From the NCBI GenBank assembly GCA_964345075.1, contig CAYFPS010000007.1:50214-114213 (forward strand): a stretch of 64,000 nucleotides of DNA, in the 5' to 3' direction. The translations under genes and the position numbers were made by a program. This document shows, piece after piece, positions 58,999-64,000 of this stretch. The stretch comes from an uncultured Bacteroidaceae bacterium (GTDB lineage: Bacteria > CAIWAD01). The stretch's first letter is position 1. Every line of letters begins with the position of its first letter. The notes under the pieces are model-generated. The model had not been told where the DNA came from. It was given only the letters and a program-made list of their open reading frames with translations, and did not search any database.

Positions 58999-59100
58999 TG
59001 CTTTTCCTTTCATGGACGACAAGGTCAAAAGCTAAGAAAAACAAGTCCCCACGACCAGTTTCCAGGCAATTCTGTGCAGAATAGCCTGAACCTTGCTTCT

Positions 59101-59155
59101 GGTTCACTACGAACCACCCGTTTCATCATGAACTTGTGAAGTTTCTTTTTGAAAC
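59101..59155. promoter_or_regulatory. Two 15-bp palindromes GGTTCactacGAACC and GTTTCtttttGAAAC, 40 bp apart (candidate enhancer/UAS)
   Basis: Centres about 74 and 114 nt upstream of the predicted sigma54 TSS. Confidence 0.45.
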
Positions 59156-59195
59156 GATTTATATCTCTTGACGGGGCATTTCCCAAGTAATAAAC

Positions 59196-59211
59196 TGGCA
59201 AGGAGTTTGCA
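59196..59211 (+). promoter_or_regulatory. Sigma54 (-24/-12) promoter TGGCAAG-gagt-TTGCA
   Basis: Matches TGGCACG-N4-TTGCW with correct spacing. A sigma54-dependent activator gene is adjacent. Confidence 0.6.
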
Positions 59212-59221
59212 GTGTGTCTGA

Positions 59222-59356
59222 CATGGCCGCGACCCACTCAGGGCACAACGAGTGATAGCGACCCGCTGGAAGTGCCCCCCCACTTCCAGCGATTACGGAT
59301 GGGAGACTATCCGATTCCCCCTACAGGCAGCCGGCTCGTCCGGCTGCCCCTTTTTT
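59222..59356 (+). ncRNA. Candidate sigma54-dependent small RNA / leader (~135 nt), structured, ending in an intrinsic terminator
   Basis: 10-bp perfect stem GCTGGAAGTG-cccccc-CACTTCCAGC (59265-59290). Terminator GCAGCCGG-ctcgt-CCGGCTGC-ccc-TTTTTT (59327-59356). Only a 10-codon ORF without RBS. Confidence 0.45.
59327..59356 (+). terminator. Rho-independent terminator immediately upstream of the RBS of the NtrC-like gene
   Basis: 8-bp GC stem, 5-nt loop, T6. No upstream plus-strand gene to terminate. Confidence 0.75.
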
Positions 59357-59366
59357 GGAGGCCTTC

Positions 59367-60839
59367 ATGGCGAGTCCGTTGATCTGGGTACTGGACGATG
59401 ACCTGCAGCAGATTCGGATTCTGTCCTTTCTGCTGGAGGAAGCCGGCTATCGATGCCGCTGCTTCGACCGGGCCGAGGATCTGCTGGCTCGTCTGAGCGA
59501 GATAGAAGAAGCCTCTGCCCTGCTGCTGGATCTGCGCATGCCCGGTCTGGGCGGAGAGGAAGCCTTAAGCGAGATCCGCAAGCAGGAGCCCGGCCTGCCC
59601 GTCCTGATCACCAGTGGACAGCAGAATGTCGATACCGCCATCCAGATTCTGCAGGCCGGTGCCTGGGACTACCTGACCAAGCCCATTGACGACGAAAAGC
59701 TGCTGCTTTCACTAAGCCGCGCCGTCCGGCAGCGAGAGCTTGAGCAGCAGGTGCGCGAGCTCAAGCACAGCAATCAGCGCGGCATGGATCGTCTGATTGG
59801 CCAGAGCGAGGGCATGCGTAAGGTTTACGATCTGATTCGCCGCTCGGCCGAATCGCGCATCCCTGTCTTGATTCAGGGTGAAAGCGGAACCGGCAAGGAG
59901 CTTGTCGCACAGGCCATCCACAATCTCGATCAGCATTTCAAGGGCGAGTTCATCAGCATCAACTGTGCGGCCATTCCCCGCGAACTGGTTGAGAGTGAGC
60001 TCTTTGGCCATGAAAAGGGCTCCTTCACCGGCGCGCACCAGCAACGACTGGGTGCATTTGAAAGAGCTAATGGCGGCACGCTCTTTCTGGACGAGATCGG
60101 CGAGCTGAGTCCCGGCGTGCAGGCCAAACTGCTGCGTGTGCTACAGGAATGGAGCGTGCGCCGTGTTGGTGGCGATCGCGAGATCCGGCTCAACCTGCGT
60201 CTGATCACGGCAACCAAGCAGCAGCTTTCCAGCATGGTGCAGGCGGGAAAGTTTCGCGATGATTTGTATTACAGAATCAACCACATCACCATGCAGCTCC
60301 CACCCTTAAGGGAGCGCAGGCAGGACATGGGTCTCCTGATCAACCACTTCCTTAGCAAGCACAGTCAGAGCTTCGGCAAGGACAACATGATTTCGCCCGA
60401 TGGGGAACTGCTTGACTTCTGTAAAGCCTACACCTGGCCGGGCAATGTCAGACAGCTGGAAAACGCCATCTGCCGCGCTCTGGCTGTATCACAGTCCAGT
60501 TCCATCAGCGTTCAGGACTTCCCGGAAGAGCTGCTCGCCGAATGGAAAGCCATGCAGGAGAGTCCGCCCGGCATCACCGGTAGCCAGCAAACAGCAAGTC
60601 CAACGGGAGTGGAGCTGCGTGTTACAAATCAGGGCAGCGGCCTGCTCCAGCGTCGTGAGACAGACTGGCTGAGTGTTTTCAAGACGAAATCGGAGTTATT
60701 GACTCTGGAACGCGTGCGCGAGCTGTACATCAACCACGCGCTCAAGCTGCACAATGGGGCCTTGCAGGAAACGGCCAAAAGTCTGGGAATCGGCAGGACG
60801 ACTCTCTATCGTCAGCTCAAGGATCCTGCCGGCGATTGA
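59367..60839 (+). CDS. Sigma54-dependent response regulator (NtrC/LuxO family: REC-AAA+-HTH)
   Basis: GESGTGKE; ESELFGHEKGSFTGA; C-terminal HTH; GGAGG RBS. Track ORF from TTG at 59355. Confidence 0.85.
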   Translation: MASPLIWVLDDDLQQIRILSFLLEEAGYRCRCFDRAEDLLARLSEIEEASALLLDLRMPGLGGEEALSEIRKQEPGLPVLITSGQQNVDTAIQILQAGAWDYLTKPIDDEKLLLSLSRAVRQRELEQQVRELKHSNQRGMDRLIGQSEGMRKVYDLIRRSAESRIPVLIQGESGTGKELVAQAIHNLDQHFKGEFISINCAAIPRELVESELFGHEKGSFTGAHQQRLGAFERANGGTLFLDEIGELSPGVQAKLLRVLQEWSVRRVGGDREIRLNLRLITATKQQLSSMVQAGKFRDDLYYRINHITMQLPPLRERRQDMGLLINHFLSKHSQSFGKDNMISPDGELLDFCKAYTWPGNVRQLENAICRALAVSQSSSISVQDFPEELLAEWKAMQESPPGITGSQQTASPTGVELRVTNQGSGLLQRRETDWLSVFKTKSELLTLERVRELYINHALKLHNGALQETAKSLGIGRTTLYRQLKDPAGD

Positions 60840-61257
60840 GGGCGTGCGCCACTTCCAGCATCTGGGCGAGCGTCTGATACCTGCGATTAATCCGGAAAGC
60901 ATTTCGTATACGGGCCCGCAGTTCAATCGGGTCATAGGGCTTGGTAATATAGTCCAGCGCACCTTCGTCGATGGCAGCAGCAATGCGAATTGGCTTGTTG
61001 GTGGCGCTGATGAAAACAACGGGGATGGCACTGGTTGCCGGGTCATCTTTCAGACGACGCATGATTTCAAGGCCGGTCAATCCGGGCAGATCCAGATCCA
61101 GCAGAATGCACGAGGGCCGATCGGCCTTGACCTGCAACAAGCCCTTTTCACCGTCCTCCGCATAAATGATGCGACAGTCCACACCATCCAAATGAAATTC
61201 GATAACGGCCCGCATTGCGGGGTCATCATCCACGATAAGCAGTACATCCTGTGACAT
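60817..61257 (-). CDS. Single-domain response regulator (CheY-like REC)
   Basis: DDD...K receiver motifs. Confidence 0.75.
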   Translation of the reverse strand: MSQDVLLIVDDDPAMRAVIEFHLDGVDCRIIYAEDGEKGLLQVKADRPSCILLDLDLPGLTGLEIMRRLKDDPATSAIPVVFISATNKPIRIAAAIDEGALDYITKPYDPIELRARIRNAFRINRRYQTLAQMLEVAHALNRRQDP

Positions 61258-61265
61258 GGGGGTTC

Positions 61266-63377
61266 CTATTGCCTCTTCAACATGACCAGTGAGTTGATCG
61301 CCGCTTGCATCTCCCGGACAAGCAGCGCCAGTTCAGCCTCCAGTGCCTGTCCCGACTCGCCTTCGCGCGCCAGGTTTTCACAGGACTCGGCCAGCTTCGA
61401 CAATTTTTCAAATCCATAACTGCCGCCACTGCCCTTCAGTTGATGCAGCAGCGACACCAGTGCTTCTTCCTCCTTGTGCTGTGCAGCCAGCATCAGCTCA
61501 TCCACCTGCACTTGCAGATGTTCCAGATAGGCAACCAGAATCGGCAAAAAGCGCGGATTGTCGGCGCGGCTACTGGTACTGATCTCAACCAGATCCTGCA
61601 GGTCCTTCGACTGCGGCAGATCCACCTCTGTCTGCTGCTCCACAACCGAATCACCGCTGGCTACACGTCTGCAACGCTCGATCAGCAGCCTCTCATCAAC
61701 CGGTTTGGTCAGGACTTCGTCAAAACCTGCTTCCAGGCAGCGCTCGCGATCCTGCACCATCGCGTAGGCGGTGAGCGCCACAACCGGACCGGCAAGGCCG
61801 GCTTCCCGCATGCGGCGAACGGCCGTGTAACCATCCATCTGCGGCATGCGTACGTCCATCAGAATCAGATCGAAAGGCTGGCCCTGCGAAAGCGCGCCTA
61901 ATGCGGCGGCCAATCCCTGCGCTCCATCGACAGCCATGCGAACCTTTGCTCCCTGCTCTTCCAGCAGAAAGCGAATGATGCGGCGATTATCCAGACTGTC
62001 ATCCACCAGCAGGATCGATGTATCACGGAGCATTTCCTCGCTTCCAGCTGCAAGCCCTGCCAGCTGGCCGTCCTGCTGATGCGCAGCCGGATCAAGTTTC
62101 ATCGGAACTTCCAGCGTGAATATGCTGCCCACACCCAGCTTGGAACTTACCGTCAGATCGCCCCCCAGCATGCGAGCCAGCCGGCGACTGATAAAGAGCC
62201 CGAGCCCCGAGCCTTCCGTTCCGAAATCGGGCTGATTGCCCGCCTGCCTGAAGGGTTCAAAAATGCGTTCCAGGCGTGAAGCGGGAATGCCCGGACCTGT
62301 ATCACAGACCCGCACATAAAGAATGCGTCGATCTTCTTCACCTGTCGGCTCCAGACTGGCCTTGACGGTAACCGAGCCAGTTGGCGTGAATTTGAGCGCA
62401 TTGGAAATCAGGTTGATCAGAATCTGGCGTATGCGCAGGCGATCGCTGATGCAGGCCTGCTCCAGCCCTCCGCCCTGCTCCAGCCCGAGCACCAGGCCGC
62501 GTTCACGAGCAAAGCTGGCCAGCAGTTCCTGCACTTCAACAAGCAGATTGGCCGGAACCAGCGAGTCCTCATGCAGTTCGACACGATCCGCCTCGATCCG
62601 GCTCAAATCAAGCACATCATTGATCAGCTCGAGCATATGCTGGCCACTGCGCAGAATCTGTCTTGACCAGCTGGCACTTTCCCGCAAACTGATTCCCGAG
62701 CGCTGCATCAAGCGTGCATAGCCGATGATGGCTGTCATGGGCGTACGAATCTCGTGACTCATTCGCGCAAGGAATTCGCTCTTGGCCCGGTTCGCCTCTT
62801 CAGCCTGCTCCTTCAGCAGCATTAATTCATGCTGCATGCGCTCGCGCCGGCGCACTTCACGCTGCATCAGGTCGTGTGACAAACAGCTTTCAACCGTGCG
62901 GGCAAAACGGCCCAGCACACCGTGCAGCATGCGGGCCACCTGAGCGGGCGCATCCTGCTGGGGTTCTGTCAGAAAGAGCTCGATGTGACCCAGCTTGTGA
63001 ATGTGATGGACGAGCATCACGCCGCTATGCGTGGGCTTGAAAGAGAAAAGCTTTTCAAAATCGGCTTCATCGCTGGAACGGATGAAGGGGCAACCCTTTT
63101 CCTCAAGTGCAAGAATAAGCGGGTGATCGTGTTCAAGCACGTTCAGCGAATCCGGGTAGCGCGGCCTGCTGTAGACAAGCCGTGATTCATCCTCGCTGTT
63201 CAGGCGGCGAATGCCATCAAGGCGTGATGCACGAATCCAGAGAGCACACTGTCCCACATTGAAGCGGGTCATCAGGCTGCGGAAAAAGCCCTCGCAGTTC
63301 TCCTTCAGAATCAGCGAGCTGCCAATGGACTGGGAGACCTCAAACAGGGAGGCAAGATGAGCGCTTAGCTGACTCAT
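61266..63377 (-). CDS. Hybrid sensor histidine kinase with REC and C-terminal Hpt domain
   Basis: HEIRTP H-box, HATPase, REC ([11 protein letters not shown]), Hpt ([11 protein letters not shown]). Confidence 0.8.
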   Translation of the reverse strand: MSQLSAHLASLFEVSQSIGSSLILKENCEGFFRSLMTRFNVGQCALWIRASRLDGIRRLNSEDESRLVYSRPRYPDSLNVLEHDHPLILALEEKGCPFIRSSDEADFEKLFSFKPTHSGVMLVHHIHKLGHIELFLTEPQQDAPAQVARMLHGVLGRFARTVESCLSHDLMQREVRRRERMQHELMLLKEQAEEANRAKSEFLARMSHEIRTPMTAIIGYARLMQRSGISLRESASWSRQILRSGQHMLELINDVLDLSRIEADRVELHEDSLVPANLLVEVQELLASFARERGLVLGLEQGGGLEQACISDRLRIRQILINLISNALKFTPTGSVTVKASLEPTGEEDRRILYVRVCDTGPGIPASRLERIFEPFRQAGNQPDFGTEGSGLGLFISRRLARMLGGDLTVSSKLGVGSIFTLEVPMKLDPAAHQQDGQLAGLAAGSEEMLRDTSILLVDDSLDNRRIIRFLLEEQGAKVRMAVDGAQGLAAALGALSQGQPFDLILMDVRMPQMDGYTAVRRMREAGLAGPVVALTAYAMVQDRERCLEAGFDEVLTKPVDERLLIERCRRVASGDSVVEQQTEVDLPQSKDLQDLVEISTSSRADNPRFLPILVAYLEHLQVQVDELMLAAQHKEEEALVSLLHQLKGSGGSYGFEKLSKLAESCENLAREGESGQALEAELALLVREMQAAINSLVMLKRQ

Positions 63378-64000
63378 TAGCGAAGATGCAAGGCGGCAAC
63401 AACCAGTGTCTTGTTGAGGACTTCAATGCACAGGCGGCCGGCGGACGCAATTTCACCCAGAGTCAGAACGCCAAGCGAGACACCCGCCGGGTCAAGTTTG
63501 CTGACTTCCGCCTGTATGCCTTCCAGCTCCCGCGTGTAGTCGTCCTTGAGGTAAAGGATGCGTGATACACAGTCAAAGATCAGCCAGCCGGCCGCCGGCT
63601 TCTCAAGCGGGCTCAGATCGCGCACGACCTCAATTCCCGCCTCGATCAGACTGTCGGGACTGCCGCACAGGATTTGCAGGACCGAGTTTTCCGGCACATC
63701 CCCCACACAAACCAGGCTGCCGTCTTCCAGCAGGGTCAGGGGATCACGCACAATGTCTTCACGACCTGTACGACCCATGCCAAAGGGGAAACCCTGAGCG
63801 TCCTCAAAGAAGTGTGTGGTCCGCACGGTGTAACTGGTTTGCTGGCGAATGCTCTCGCGATAGACCTCAAAGGCGGGCTGCCAGTTCAGTTCGTGAAGGA
63901 CATTAGCGGAGGTTCGTGTTGCAATGAAGGGTCCATCCAGTGGTTGCCAGCCGTGTCTCACACTGTAACTGGAATCCAGTGGCAGAAAAACCAGCAGGGC
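63377..64000 (-). CDS. FIST domain sensor protein (partial, continues beyond window end)
   Basis: FIST-C-like region; 1-nt overlap with the hybrid HK start. Confidence 0.55.
   Translation of the reverse strand, partial: ALLVFLPLDSSYSVRHGWQPLDGPFIATRTSANVLHELNWQPAFEVYRESIRQQTSYTVRTTHFFEDAQGFPFGMGRTGREDIVRDPLTLLEDGSLVCVGDVPENSVLQILCGSPDSLIEAGIEVVRDLSPLEKPAAGWLIFDCVSRILYLKDDYTRELEGIQAEVSKLDPAGVSLGVLTLGEIASAGRLCIEVLNKTLVVAALHLR

Noticed and set aside
59041-59070. Minus-strand sigma54-like element (TGCAC-N5-TTGC) for the cytochrome c gene
   Set aside because: Lacks the invariant GG of the -24 box
7733-63568. Recurrent GTATCAC explained as a protein motif or codon-usage artefact
   Set aside because: Copies occur in at least three reading frames, on both coding and template strands. 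They use GTA/TCA/ATA codons that end in A, i.e. against the GC-rich third-position trend seen across the rest of the window
1-64000. Mobile elements, prophage or defence islands
   Set aside because: No integrase, transposase, recombinase, phage structural genes, terminal inverted repeats or tRNA-flanked island seen. Gene content is core metabolism and envelope biogenesis throughout

Overview
The window reads as a high-GC (about 60-65% by eye) bacterial chromosome segment, almost entirely core or housekeeping genes. Most are packed in long minus-strand operons with 4-nt start/stop overlaps. Phylum-level markers (a type IX secretion C-terminal sorting domain on an esterase, a GWxTD-domain protein, an SPFH operon) suggest an FCB-superphylum organism; this is inference from domain content only. 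Recognisable genes include aroQ-aroB, rpmB, a ClpA-like double-AAA+ protein, a B12/radical-SAM-DUF2344 fusion, a PhoR-like histidine kinase, ldcA, rimO, ftsY, nadK, xseBA, HU, mltD, comF, a GH53 galactanase, SPFH, a GH13 amylase, a K+ channel, pccB, nrnA, amiC, coaX, birA, a HAMP-PP2C membrane phosphatase, cdsA, ppiD, an M23 peptidase, two GT4 glycosyltransferases, yjbQ, an e(P4) phosphatase, modCBA, a trpF-like gene, an M55 peptidase, sufE, a GroES-like protein, asparaginase, truD, an arsR/arsC-arsM/ACR3 cassette, prpD, a c-type cytochrome and a FIST / hybrid-HK-Hpt / RR / sigma54-activator signalling cluster. No rRNA, tRNA, CRISPR, transposase or integrase was seen. Things not explained by the gene list: (1) an octamer TGTATCAC / GTGATACA recurs about once per kb, in both orientations and inside coding sequence, roughly 10-fold over composition expectation. 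(2) a near-consensus sigma54 -24/-12 promoter with two upstream palindromes drives a ~135-nt structured RNA that ends in a strong intrinsic terminator immediately before the NtrC-like gene, in a Qrr/LuxO-like arrangement. (3) an unannotated 29-codon K/R-rich peptide gene with GGAGG RBS sits directly after HU. (4) a 32-bp palindromic operator precedes an SPFH-RHH-membrane-protein operon. Smaller oddities: a probable CTG start overlapping the aroQ stop, GGTCGGACCA direct repeats before pccB, catalytically degenerate AAA+ modules, and an ArsC-ArsM fusion. Self-derived coordinates may be off by a base or two.
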